NCBI GenBank assembly: GCA_031403195.1
Contig: JANNSZ010000033.1
Location: forward strand, 68,525 to 132,524
Source: Planctomycetota bacterium
GTDB lineage: Bacteria > Planctomycetota > Planctomycetia > Pirellulales > UBA1268
Direction of reading: 5' to 3'
DNA length: 64,000 nt
In this document: positions 10,129-19,269 of the stretch, piece by piece
How positions within the stretch are numbered: position 1 is the first letter of the stretch
Layout of the letters: the number at the start of each line of letters is the position of its first letter
The notes under the pieces: generated by a model
The model's input: the letters and a program-made list of their open reading frames with translations, nothing else
What the model was told of the DNA's origin: nothing
The model's database searches: none
Translations under genes and position numbers: made by a program

Positions 10129-10968
10129 ATGGGTACTCTCCGCCCCCCGCGGAGCTGCCCGATCGCGATGCCTGTTATGTCGTCGCCATCAACGCATGTC
10201 CTTGTCGTCGCGATGCTCATCGCGGCGTGTGGGGCGGGGTGTAGTCTCGTGCCCCGCCGCGGCCCCGTGTCACCAGAGCTCGCGGCAGCCCGCCGGCTCT
10301 GCAACGAGGGCTTGGCGGCGGCCGATCGCGCCGACCTGGAACGGGCCGAGAGACTGCTCGAGCAGGCCGTGAACTCGTACCCCGAAGACGTCGAAGCTCG
10401 TCGGCACTACGCCGATGTCCTCTGGCGTCGGGGACTGAAGACCGAGGCTGTCACCCAGATGGACAAGGCGCTCGCGCTGTCACCGGAGGATTCTTCTTTG
10501 TGTGTTGAGTCAGGTGGGATGTACCTCGAACTGGGGCTGTTGAACGAGGCCGACCGGCTCGCGCGGCAGGCCGTGCGGCACACCCCGAGGTCGGCAGCGG
10601 CCTGGCACCTTCGGGGTCGGGTGGCCTTGGCACGCGGCCAGGCCGAGCCAGCGTTGGCCGATTTCCACAGGGCGCTTTCGATCGCTCCAGAGAGCCGCGG
10701 TGTGCTCCTCGACGCCGCCGAGGCATACCGACAGCTCAATCGTCCTCAGCGGGCGCTCGCCACACTGGCCATGCTCGGCGAGACCTACGGTCCCGACGAG
10801 GTGCCGGCAAGCGTGCTCGTTCTCGAGGGCCTCGCCCAGGAGGCGCTCGGGCGACGGGTGGATGCGGTCGAGAGCTATCGCAAGGCCTTGGCTGGCGGCG
10901 AGGCCCCAGCGGAGGCAGCGGCTCGACTGGCCTCGCTTGAGAAGCAGGAAGGCAAGCTCCTGCGGTAA
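10129..10968 (+). CDS. TPR-repeat lipoprotein
   Basis: Signal/lipobox-like VVAMLIAACGAGCS followed by several TPR-like repeats (AERLLEQAVNSYPEDVEARRHYADVLW, AAAWHLRGRVALARGQ...). Start could be an internal Met near 10168. Confidence 0.72.
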   Translation: MGTLRPPRSCPIAMPVMSSPSTHVLVVAMLIAACGAGCSLVPRRGPVSPELAAARRLCNEGLAAADRADLERAERLLEQAVNSYPEDVEARRHYADVLWRRGLKTEAVTQMDKALALSPEDSSLCVESGGMYLELGLLNEADRLARQAVRHTPRSAAAWHLRGRVALARGQAEPALADFHRALSIAPESRGVLLDAAEAYRQLNRPQRALATLAMLGETYGPDEVPASVLVLEGLAQEALGRRVDAVESYRKALAGGEAPAEAAARLASLEKQEGKLLR

Positions 10969-10999
10969 CGGGTGTGGCCGCCGTCTCGTTGATGCGGGA

Positions 11000-12658
11000 T
11001 CATTCGTGACCGCAGCGGCCTGTGAGCAGATCGAAGGCGGCAATCGACGGAATCAGGAGTGCGAGCGTCGCGAAGCCGTAGGCAGCCATCACGACGAGGA
11101 ACACTTGGAGGGTGCTGCCCTGAAGGAAGCCGGTGATGGCCACGAAGGTCAGAGCGGGCAGGAGCGCCGAGGCCCAGCCCACGGCCGGCGACGGATTGCG
11201 GGCTGAGAGGGCCGCGTAGAGGCCCACGCCACCGCCGACGATCACGGCCAGGAACGGAGCGAGCTGGAGTTCGAAACTGCCGCCGAATGCGACCATGATC
11301 CGCATCGCGGTCGCCACGCCAAGAGACAAAAATGCCACGATACCGAGCGTCACGCTGATGGCTCGTCGTGACAGGGGATGCGATAGCCCGGCATAGACCC
11401 CGAGCACCGCCACGAAGAATGTCAAAAGCGCGAGGCCACCCACGAGGTAGGCCGCATCTTCGGCGGTGGCAAGCCCGAGCGGCACGAGCGCCACGCAGAC
11501 CGCAAGTGGGAGAATCACGACCTCACGCGCAGCCGCAATCACACCCAGAAGTTTGCCCCACACGAGCTCACGAGGATTGAGATCGCTGACGAGGAGGAGG
11601 TCGAGGGTTCCACGATCTCGTTCAGAGGTGACCGAGGTCACGGCAAGGGCCGCCACGGCCAAGAGGCTCGCGAGCACCATGGGCACGACAGCTGCCGCCA
11701 TGGCAAACCGATCAGGGCGGATGGCCCGCGCCTCTGACACAAGGCCCGCGACGGCGACGGCGAAGAGAGCGATCCATGCAAGCCGTACCACGATCATGGC
11801 ACGCCCGTGGGCGCGGGTTTGAACCTCCCGCCAGAGCACGGGGTTGGCCCACACATCACCGCGACGGCACGTGGCCCGCAAGGACCGGCGAGGCTGGGCC
11901 TCGGAGGCCGTGTTCCAACGGCGTACGAATCCCACGGCCAGTCCACTCGACAGCACACAGAGCGTCCCGCACAGAGCCAGGAACTTTCCGAGGCCTTGTC
12001 CGCCTGTGGGCGTGAGCGAGTCGAATGCTGCCCGCGCGGGTGAGACGATCCCACCGACGCCGGGGCCACCGATGGCAGCCGTGGTCTCGCCGGCAGCCAG
12101 CCACGCTACGAGGGCGGCCGCCGTTATGGCGACGGCTTGGAACGTGGTGTCCCGCCAGAATGCCGCCGCTGTAGCGATGCTCGCCGCCGTGGCTGCGGCT
12201 GCGGCTGTCACCATGAAGAGCCGTGCAAGCTGCACGCTGGTGATGCCTCCGAAGAGTGACACGAGGACGAACAAAGGCGCGGCCGCCAACAGCAGAAGAC
12301 CGATCCGAAGCAGACTGCCACCGAGCTTGCCGAGCACGAGCTGGGCATCACCGAGGCGGCTGACGAGGAGGAGCTCGAGTGTGCGTCGATCTTTTTCCAA
12401 GCCCACGGCCAGCACCGCTACGAGCGTCGCGGCGAGCATCGCCAGGGCCAGTTGAAGCGGCGCCAGGAGTCTCATCAGCGTGGCCCCGAACCGAGCCGCG
12501 TCACCGACGGTCGCGACCGCCTGGGAGCCTGTCACGACCAGCCACGACGTTGCCAGGAGCCCAAACAGGGTGGCGGCCGTCAACGCCCGGGCCACGTAGA
12601 GGCCTCGTGTGCGTGGGACAACGAGAATCTCCCGCTCAAAAACCGCACCCAGGATCAT
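11000..12658 (-). CDS. ABC-2-type transporter permease, internally duplicated (two fused permease halves)
   Basis: ATG at 12658 (MILGAVFEREILVV) lies inside ORF 11000..12856. About 12 TM segments. Two homologous halves each carry an E(K/R)DRxTL(E/D)LLLVS...GKL motif. Confidence 0.72.
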   Translation of the reverse strand: MILGAVFEREILVVPRTRGLYVARALTAATLFGLLATSWLVVTGSQAVATVGDAARFGATLMRLLAPLQLALAMLAATLVAVLAVGLEKDRRTLELLLVSRLGDAQLVLGKLGGSLLRIGLLLLAAAPLFVLVSLFGGITSVQLARLFMVTAAAAATAASIATAAAFWRDTTFQAVAITAAALVAWLAAGETTAAIGGPGVGGIVSPARAAFDSLTPTGGQGLGKFLALCGTLCVLSSGLAVGFVRRWNTASEAQPRRSLRATCRRGDVWANPVLWREVQTRAHGRAMIVVRLAWIALFAVAVAGLVSEARAIRPDRFAMAAAVVPMVLASLLAVAALAVTSVTSERDRGTLDLLLVSDLNPRELVWGKLLGVIAAAREVVILPLAVCVALVPLGLATAEDAAYLVGGLALLTFFVAVLGVYAGLSHPLSRRAISVTLGIVAFLSLGVATAMRIMVAFGGSFELQLAPFLAVIVGGGVGLYAALSARNPSPAVGWASALLPALTFVAITGFLQGSTLQVFLVVMAAYGFATLALLIPSIAAFDLLTGRCGHE

Positions 12659-12767
12659 CCCGCGGCACTCCGATGTCGGACGGTGGCAGCCATCTTCATG
12701 TGACGGTAGAGTACCAGGGATGATCAGTTTCCCGCTCTCGTTCCATCGACTTGGAGATCTGTACGCC

Positions 12768-14138
12768 ATGCGCATGTGTCCGCGCGCTCTCGAAATCCAC
12801 ACCCTGCTTGTTCTTTTCGTGGTCGCCGTCAGTCTCGGGCATGGCCAGGCCGCCATGGCTCAGGTGACCGCCAAGGCCTTGATCGGCAAGGCGGTGTCGG
12901 ACGACAGTCAGTATCAGGAGATCAATGGCGCGATCGAGCGATTCGGCAATCGCGATGTGGACGGCTGCCGCGCGATTCTCGAACGGGCTCGAAACAACAA
13001 CCCGAAGCTGCCGCCGCCGGGCGTGATGATGACGACGCTTTGGCTGAGCGCGAATCAATTGCCGGCGGCGCGGGCAGAGCTCGAGGAGACGGCTATCAAG
13101 TTCCCCAGTGATCCCGAGCCCTATCTCTTGCTCGGAGACCTCGCCTTCCAGGAGCGACGCATCACGGATGCGGCGGTCCTCTTTGATCGGGCAACGGAGC
13201 TTGCGGCCACCTTCACGGAAAACCCAAAGCGGAAGCGAGACTTCGAGATTCGCTGCAACGCGGGAACGGCAGCAGTTGCGGCAGCGCGTCGGCAGTGGGA
13301 GTCCGCCCACAAGCACCTCCTCGCATGGCTTGCCCTCGATCCAGACAACGCAGGAGCGCACTTCCGATTGGGTGGCATCCTCTTTCATCTTGGAAAAGAG
13401 TCCGAGGCGCTCGACGAGTTCAAGGAAGCTCGGAAGCTGGACGCCAAGGCCGCTCAGCCGGAACTCGCCTTGGCGGGGTTGTATGGTGAGGAACGCAAGC
13501 TGGATCTGGCCAAGAAGTGGATCGAGGCAGCGATCAAGGCTGCTCCGAAGGACCCGGAGGTTCTGCTTGCGTCGGCGCAGTGGTACCTCGGGCAAAACGA
13601 TCTCAAGATGGCCCAGAACGTCGCCGATCAAGCCCTGGCGATTGACCCGAAAAGCCTGGGTGGAAAGATCGTCAGAGGCGTCATTGCCCGCGTGGCCCGC
13701 GACTATGCCACGGCCGAGAAGTTCTTCAACGAAGCCCATGTTCAGTCGCCGGGCAATTTTGATGCGAGCAACTCGCTTGCCCTCGTGCTGATCGAGTCGC
13801 CTGACAAGGACGACAAGCAACGTGCCCTGGAGATGGCCGAGGCCAACCTCGCGAGGTACCGGGAGAACTCGCCGCAGAAGGTCAACGCGGTCACCACGTT
13901 GGCGTGGATCTATTACAAGCTCGATCGCCGCGATGACGCCGGCAAGCTCCTTGAAGAAGTCGCCCGAAACAACGCGCTGACGCCCGACGGCGCCTACTAC
14001 ATCGCGCAGCTCTTGGCCGACCGCGGAGAAAAGGACAAGGCCCGTTCGTTTCTCGAGGAACTACTGACCAAGGAGGCGGTCTTTGCCACGCGATCCGATG
14101 CCGTCGATCTCCTTGCGAAGCTCAAGGCAAAGCCGTGA
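12768..14138 (+). CDS. TPR-repeat secreted protein
   Basis: Internal ATG at 12768 gives the signal peptide MRMCPRALEIHTLLVLFVVAVSLGHGQAAMA. Multiple TPR-like repeats fill the rest of the ORF. Confidence 0.78.
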   Translation: MRMCPRALEIHTLLVLFVVAVSLGHGQAAMAQVTAKALIGKAVSDDSQYQEINGAIERFGNRDVDGCRAILERARNNNPKLPPPGVMMTTLWLSANQLPAARAELEETAIKFPSDPEPYLLLGDLAFQERRITDAAVLFDRATELAATFTENPKRKRDFEIRCNAGTAAVAAARRQWESAHKHLLAWLALDPDNAGAHFRLGGILFHLGKESEALDEFKEARKLDAKAAQPELALAGLYGEERKLDLAKKWIEAAIKAAPKDPEVLLASAQWYLGQNDLKMAQNVADQALAIDPKSLGGKIVRGVIARVARDYATAEKFFNEAHVQSPGNFDASNSLALVLIESPDKDDKQRALEMAEANLARYRENSPQKVNAVTTLAWIYYKLDRRDDAGKLLEEVARNNALTPDGAYYIAQLLADRGEKDKARSFLEELLTKEAVFATRSDAVDLLAKLKAKP

Positions 14139-14151
14139 GGCAGGGCCGGCG

Positions 14152-14613
14152 TCAACGCGATGCCGGTAGTGGAACGTCTTCTGGCTCAGGTGGCATCGGC
14201 ACGGCGTCAGCGGCGTCGATGACAGTCGGCTTTCCGCCTCGGGCAGACGGCGGCGAGGATATCGCAGGAGGAGCCTCCACCGCCGTCGGCATCGCGCGAA
14301 TCGTGATCGTGCGGGACGGACCTGCAGCGACGCCAGTTTCTGCGGCTGGGCGCATCGACATGCTTCGCCGCCGAGCCCGCAGCCGATCGCGGCGCAGTGG
14401 AATGCCCGGATACGCCTCCACGGGGACTTCGAGGCTCGGGAGGCCGACCCGGCTTCCATCCCCGAAGTATGTGAACATTTCAATGGCCGATGACTCGGCA
14501 GAGGCAAGGGTCGTGAGGGCAACGACCACGATGACCTTCCCGAATCTGACCGGAGCGAAGCGAGGCATGCGTGACTTCCGGAGGGGAGGCATCGCTAGCT
14601 GTCCGTGGACCAA
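14152..14613 (-). CDS. hypothetical secreted protein
   Basis: Signal-peptide-like MPRFAPVRFGKVIVVVALTTLASA. It competes with the opposite-strand ORF 14135..14833, which looks like an Arg/Ser-rich shadow frame. No family recognised. Confidence 0.4.
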   Translation of the reverse strand: MVHGQLAMPPLRKSRMPRFAPVRFGKVIVVVALTTLASAESSAIEMFTYFGDGSRVGLPSLEVPVEAYPGIPLRRDRLRARRRSMSMRPAAETGVAAGPSRTITIRAMPTAVEAPPAISSPPSARGGKPTVIDAADAVPMPPEPEDVPLPASR

Positions 14614-14805
14614 GCTACACAGGGCCTTGGTTCACTTGGCCGACCGATGGCGAAGCCTATGTTTGCCCTGGTCGGCGACCGCCGCATTGTGCAGCGCTAG
14701 GGATGCAAGCAGGAATTCTTCGGCGGATGGTCGGGCGTCCCGACAGTCAGTTGGCCCGATCCTGCCCATGCCGCAAAACCATCAGAGTCGGTTGAGGCGC
14801 TGGGC

Positions 14806-15744
14806 ATGCGGGCCATCCACGCAGGCGCCATGAACCCTCACTGGATAACCTTTGGCGCGGCGGTCGTCACGATGGCAGCGGCGTTGGCTGGCTGGTATCT
14901 CGTGCGCGGGTCCACGGCAGTCCCGGCAACCATGTGGGCAGCAGCGGCGGCGCTCGCCCTCGCCTACGAGGCGGCTGTCACGGCGACTGGCGGGCTCCAA
15001 GGGCAGGCTGCCGAGTCTTGTGCGAGGCTCGTGGTTGTGGCGTTTGGCGTCGGTCCGGCCATGTCCGTCCTGGGTGCCAAACGGCCGCAGCACGGAGTCT
15101 GGCAATTCATTGTCGCCGCGCTGGTAGGCGTGCTATCCATGCCGGCTGTGACAGCTGTTCTCGTGAGGCCTGGCAGCATGCCCGATCTGCACCTCCTCGA
15201 GCAATTGTTCTTGCCGCTTTTGGTCGCGATAGGCTTTCTCAACTTCATCGCCACGACGCGATTCGCCTCGGCCATCATGGTCGCAGGCGGACAGGTCGTG
15301 CTCATGTGGTCATTTCTGCCAATCGTCGGCGATGGCCAGCGACTGCCGACCACGGTGGAAGCCATCGGAGCGTGGGTCATGGCGGCTGGGGCCATCCTTG
15401 CGGCGCTCCAGGCCATGTGGTGGCCCGCCTCGGCCTGGGTGGCCCGCGGCGCATCCGGGGCGATTGACAGGCCACTCATCGCCCTCCGTGAGACGCTTGG
15501 TGCCGCGTGGACGCTCCGGGTGATTGAGCGATTCAACGCTGTCGCGGTCGAGCGAGGCTGGCCATGTCGCTTGCGATTTGCAGGGCTGGTGCTCACCCAG
15601 GATGCGCGGGACGGTCGGTGGGAGGCCGATGCGATTCGGTGCGTTCGATCGCTCTTGCGCCGGTTTGCATCGGCTGCATGGATCGAGCGCCACAGCGGCC
15701 AATCACCGATCCGTAGTCTCCTGGCTGACAAAACGGTAGACTGA
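14806..15744 (+). CDS. polytopic membrane protein, unknown function
   Basis: About 7-8 hydrophobic segments. Same strand and close spacing with the downstream genes. Confidence 0.6.
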   Translation: MRAIHAGAMNPHWITFGAAVVTMAAALAGWYLVRGSTAVPATMWAAAAALALAYEAAVTATGGLQGQAAESCARLVVVAFGVGPAMSVLGAKRPQHGVWQFIVAALVGVLSMPAVTAVLVRPGSMPDLHLLEQLFLPLLVAIGFLNFIATTRFASAIMVAGGQVVLMWSFLPIVGDGQRLPTTVEAIGAWVMAAGAILAALQAMWWPASAWVARGASGAIDRPLIALRETLGAAWTLRVIERFNAVAVERGWPCRLRFAGLVLTQDARDGRWEADAIRCVRSLLRRFASAAWIERHSGQSPIRSLLADKTVD

Positions 15745-15821
15745 CGCCTTCGTGAGCGGACCCCTTCCTGGCGTTCGTTTGCATCCCTTTCTTGCTCATG
15801 TTCCTTTCCACGGAGACTTTC

Positions 15822-16145
15822 ATGGCCGATGACCAGCCCGTACTCCCCCCGCCCGTTCAGGTTCCTGTTGACGAGTCGCACATCCTGGCCACGTACGCCA
15901 ACTTCTGCCGGGTAACGGGCACGCCGGAGGAGCTCATCGTCGACTTTGGCCTCAACAAGCAGGTGGGCGGAACGTCGCCCGAAACCATCCAGTTGACCCA
16001 GCGGATCATCGTCAATTTCTATACGGCCAAGCGACTGGCCTACGCGCTCGGCCACGCCGTAGCCCGGCACGAACAGGCGTTTGGCGCGTTGGAGATCGAT
16101 GTGCAGAAGCGGGCCGCCCAGTCTCAGGCTTCACGAGGACAATGA
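15822..16145 (+). CDS. DUF3467-like small protein
   Basis: ATG at 15822 is preceded by GGAG. ILATYANFCRVTGTPEELIVDFGLN...IIVNFYTAKRLAYAL resembles the DUF3467 family pattern (recognised from memory, not searched). Confidence 0.65.
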   Translation: MADDQPVLPPPVQVPVDESHILATYANFCRVTGTPEELIVDFGLNKQVGGTSPETIQLTQRIIVNFYTAKRLAYALGHAVARHEQAFGALEIDVQKRAAQSQASRGQ

Positions 16146-16204
16146 CGGCATGACACCTCGGTCATGCCCATGGGGGGCAGTCGAGGTGCCAGTCGAGGTC
16201 GCGA

Positions 16205-18298
16205 GTGGCCGCCATGAGCATCGACGAATCGCAGGAGGTCTACCGAGCGCAGGCATGGATTCATGCGATTGTCGATGAGGTCGCGTCGATGGCCCGTGGT
16301 GACATGGGCGAAGCGGCGTTCGCCAAGGCCATCCTCGAGCGGATCCTCCAATCGATGGAGGCTGTGGCGGGCATCGTCTGGCTGATCGATGAACGTGGCG
16401 CGACCGAAGCGGCCAGCCACCTCGGCCTCGAAACCGTCGGGTTCGGTGCTTCGAAAGAGTCTCAGGCAAAGAATCTCGCCCTGGTTCAGTCGCTCCTCGG
16501 CAACCCGGCTGGGCTGGTCGTGCCTGGCGGGGCGTCCATCTCCGGTCCCGATGGCCGTCCGCTCGCCGCGAATGAGACTCCCTTCACGGTGTTGGCGGTC
16601 CCCATTGATCGCGGCGGCACTCGCGCTGGCCTGATTGAGGTCTTCCAGCATCCACAGGACCAGCAGACCGAGCAGGGCTACCTGATGTTCCTGGCTCGGA
16701 TAGCGATGGTCGCTGGCGACTATCTCCAGCGGCGGCAGATGGCTGTCATCGACGTCCAGCAGGCGGCCCTCGCGCAGGTGGAGCGATTCAGTCGGGCGGT
16801 CCATGAGTCGCTTGATCCGGTAGCCACCGCCTTTACGCTGGCAAATGAGGCTCGGCGGATCATCGGGTGTGATCGTGTGGGCGTGCTCATCAAGCGACGT
16901 CGCACGCTGCGACTCGAGGCCGTCAGCGGCCAGGAGACGGTGGAGCGCCGCGCCAACGAGGTGCAGGCCATCGAGGAGCTCGCCCGCGTTGTCGCCCGCG
17001 CGGGTGAACCGCTCTGGCACCCCGATCCGACGCGGGAGTTGCCGCCTCAGATCGAGCAGGAGCTGGAGAACTACATCGACGAGTCCCATACCACGGCGAT
17101 GGCGATCATCCCGCTGGAGCGTCCTCGTCCCACGCCGGTGGTCAAGCCTGGTGGCGTCGACGCCGTGGCGGTGGCCAAGGCTGAAGCGCCGGTCGCGATC
17201 CCGCAGCCGATTGGTGTGCTCGTTGTCGAGTGGTTCTCGGCTGCCGCCATCGAACCAGCCCAGAAGGCCAGGGTCGAACTGGTGGCTGCCCATGGCCGGG
17301 TAGCAGTGGCAAACGCCCTCTCCCACACCGGGCTGCCTCTGTATCCGCTCATCAATCTCGTGGGGAAGTCGAGAGTGCTGACCAGCGGTCGCAATCTTCC
17401 TCGGACGGTGCTTGCCGTGGTCGCCCTTGTGGCGGCACTCGTGGCGCTCGTGTTCGTGCCGGCCGAGCTTCGCCTCGAGGGCAAGGGCACTCTCGAGCCG
17501 GTCCATCGCCGAGAAGTGTTTGCGGGCATTGACGGCGTGGTCGAGGCCATCGAGCCAGGGGTCGAGCATGGGGCGGTCGTCAAGGCTGGCCAGCCACTCG
17601 CCAGGCTTCGCAATACCGAGGTCGATGTCGCCATTACAGACGTGCTTGGCCGCAAGGCCGCCAGTGAGGAGCAACTCAGGTCGACGAGGCAATCGTTACT
17701 CGAGGACCAGGAGATTTCGGCGGACGAGCGGGTTCGGCTGGAGGGGCGGGCACGCCAGTTCGAGCGGGAGATCGAAAGCCTCGAAGAGCAACGGCAACTG
17801 TGGGAGGCGCGTCGGGCCGACCTCACGGTGTCGAGCCCGATCGACGGCGTGGTGGTGACGTGGCAGGTTCGTGATCGGCTTCTGCTCCGCCCTGTCGAAA
17901 AGGGTCAGGTGCTCATGAGCGTAGCCGACAAGACGGGGCCCTGGGAGCTCGAGATCAATATGCCTGACGACCGGCTGGGGCATGTCAATCGTGCGTATGC
18001 TGCGGCCCGCCAGGCCGGACGAGAGCTGGAGGTCGACTACATTCTCGCGACGGATCCGGGGACACGGCACCGCGGCATGGTCCACGAGATTCACGAGCAG
18101 GCGGAAGTGCGTGGCGACCACGGCAACACCGTGCTCGTACGGGTGACAGTCGATGCGGAGCGGCACGAGAAGGAGGCGCTGGGTGCGGGCGCGAGCGTGA
18201 CCGCGAGGATCGCCTGTGGGCAGCGATCGCTTGGGTATGTGTGGTTTCATGACGTGCTGGCGTTCATCCGCACGCAGATACTCTTCAGGCTTTGGTAG
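16205..18298 (+). CDS. tandem-GAF domain / membrane-fusion (HlyD-like) fusion protein
   Basis: About 370 aa of cytoplasmic GAF-like sequence (two repeats), then one TM (LPRTVLAVVALVAALVALVFV). Next come a lipoyl-like half (VFAGIDGVVEAIEPGVEHGAVVKAGQPLARL), a coiled coil, and SSPIDGVVVTW...EKGQVLMSVAD. Start is GTG 16205 or ATG 16214. Confidence 0.8.
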   Translation: MAAMSIDESQEVYRAQAWIHAIVDEVASMARGDMGEAAFAKAILERILQSMEAVAGIVWLIDERGATEAASHLGLETVGFGASKESQAKNLALVQSLLGNPAGLVVPGGASISGPDGRPLAANETPFTVLAVPIDRGGTRAGLIEVFQHPQDQQTEQGYLMFLARIAMVAGDYLQRRQMAVIDVQQAALAQVERFSRAVHESLDPVATAFTLANEARRIIGCDRVGVLIKRRRTLRLEAVSGQETVERRANEVQAIEELARVVARAGEPLWHPDPTRELPPQIEQELENYIDESHTTAMAIIPLERPRPTPVVKPGGVDAVAVAKAEAPVAIPQPIGVLVVEWFSAAAIEPAQKARVELVAAHGRVAVANALSHTGLPLYPLINLVGKSRVLTSGRNLPRTVLAVVALVAALVALVFVPAELRLEGKGTLEPVHRREVFAGIDGVVEAIEPGVEHGAVVKAGQPLARLRNTEVDVAITDVLGRKAASEEQLRSTRQSLLEDQEISADERVRLEGRARQFEREIESLEEQRQLWEARRADLTVSSPIDGVVVTWQVRDRLLLRPVEKGQVLMSVADKTGPWELEINMPDDRLGHVNRAYAAARQAGRELEVDYILATDPGTRHRGMVHEIHEQAEVRGDHGNTVLVRVTVDAERHEKEALGAGASVTARIACGQRSLGYVWFHDVLAFIRTQILFRLW

Positions 18299-18309
18299 GA
18301 GGCGGTTTG

Positions 18310-19251
18310 ATGATCCGTACGATCGTCGTGATCTGCCCAGCACTCGCTGGCCTCGTGTCACTCATGGTTGCTGCGGCAGCCGGGCAGGTCGCGCCGCCAC
18401 AGGCTGCCACCGAGCCGATCCTCGAGGGATGCCTCGTGTCGCTCATCGATGAAGTGAAGGTTCCGGCTCGCGAGCCGGGTGTGATAACCCGGCTCGCCGT
18501 GCGGCAGGGAGACGTCGTCAAGCGGGGAGACATCCTGGCCTGCATTGATGATGACCAGCCGCAGATGGAGAAGCGACGGGCCGACGCCGAGCACAAGCAG
18601 GCCGTTGCCAAGGCCGAGAGCGACGTGGATGTCCGTTATTCCGTGAAGGCCTACGATGTGGCCAAGGCAACGCACGAGAAGGCGGAGGAGGCGCACGACC
18701 GTGTCAGAGCCTCGGTCACTGAAGTGGAGCGGCGGCGGCTCAAGCTCGAATGGGAGAAGGCGGAGCTCCAGATCGAGCAGGCGAAGCTCGAGCGGCAACT
18801 CGCAACGCTGGCGGCCACGAGCAAGGAAGTCGAGCTCATGGCGGCCGACAAAGCGATTGAACGGCGGGTTATCCGGTCGCCTCTCGACGGTGAAGTCGAA
18901 GAGGTGATTCCCCACGAGGGAGAGTGGCTCCAGCCCGGCGAGCCACTGGCCCGGATCATCACGATTGACCGGCTCTATGTGGAGGGGTTCGTGGATGCGG
19001 CGCGGTTTGGGCCCGCGGCCCTCCGGAGCAGGCCGGTGACCGTGGAGGCGCGGCTCGACAATGGCCGTGTCGAGTCATTCGAGGGGGGAATCTTCAAGGT
19101 CAAGCACCGGGTCGAGGGAGGAAGCTATCGGGTCGTGGCCGAAGTGAAGAATCGTCAGGACGGCGGCGAATGGCTTCTTCGGCCTGGGCAGATCGTGCAG
19201 ATGATCGTCCACTCCAGTCGGCCACCGGTTCAGCCGGCCATCACGAACTAG
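18310..19251 (+). CDS. HlyD-family membrane-fusion protein
   Basis: ATG at 18310 lies 5 nt after AGGAGG. Signal/TM is MIRTIVVICPALAGLVSLMVAAAAG. MFP motifs are VPAREPGVITRLAVRQGDVVKRGDILACID, a long coiled coil, and IRSPLDGEVEEVIPHEGEWLQPGEPLARI. Confidence 0.82.
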   Translation: MIRTIVVICPALAGLVSLMVAAAAGQVAPPQAATEPILEGCLVSLIDEVKVPAREPGVITRLAVRQGDVVKRGDILACIDDDQPQMEKRRADAEHKQAVAKAESDVDVRYSVKAYDVAKATHEKAEEAHDRVRASVTEVERRRLKLEWEKAELQIEQAKLERQLATLAATSKEVELMAADKAIERRVIRSPLDGEVEEVIPHEGEWLQPGEPLARIITIDRLYVEGFVDAARFGPAALRSRPVTVEARLDNGRVESFEGGIFKVKHRVEGGSYRVVAEVKNRQDGGEWLLRPGQIVQMIVHSSRPPVQPAITN

Positions 19252-19269
19252 CGTCCTGGGGTCTGCGGC

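Noticed and set aside
8227-10244. Searched downstream of flhB in all frames for a frameshifted FlhB C-terminal domain (PxADVVxTNPTH...).
   Set aside because: No NPTH-like or FlhB-C-like sequence appears in any frame. The region is fully accounted for by the minus-strand sulfotransferase and thioredoxin-like genes.
14135-14833. Plus-strand 232-aa ORF competing with minus-strand 14152..14613.
   Set aside because: Its translation is Arg/Ser/Gly-rich with no signal or motif. It overlaps the start of the well-formed membrane protein at 14806. The minus-strand ORF at least has a plausible signal peptide. Both remain low confidence.
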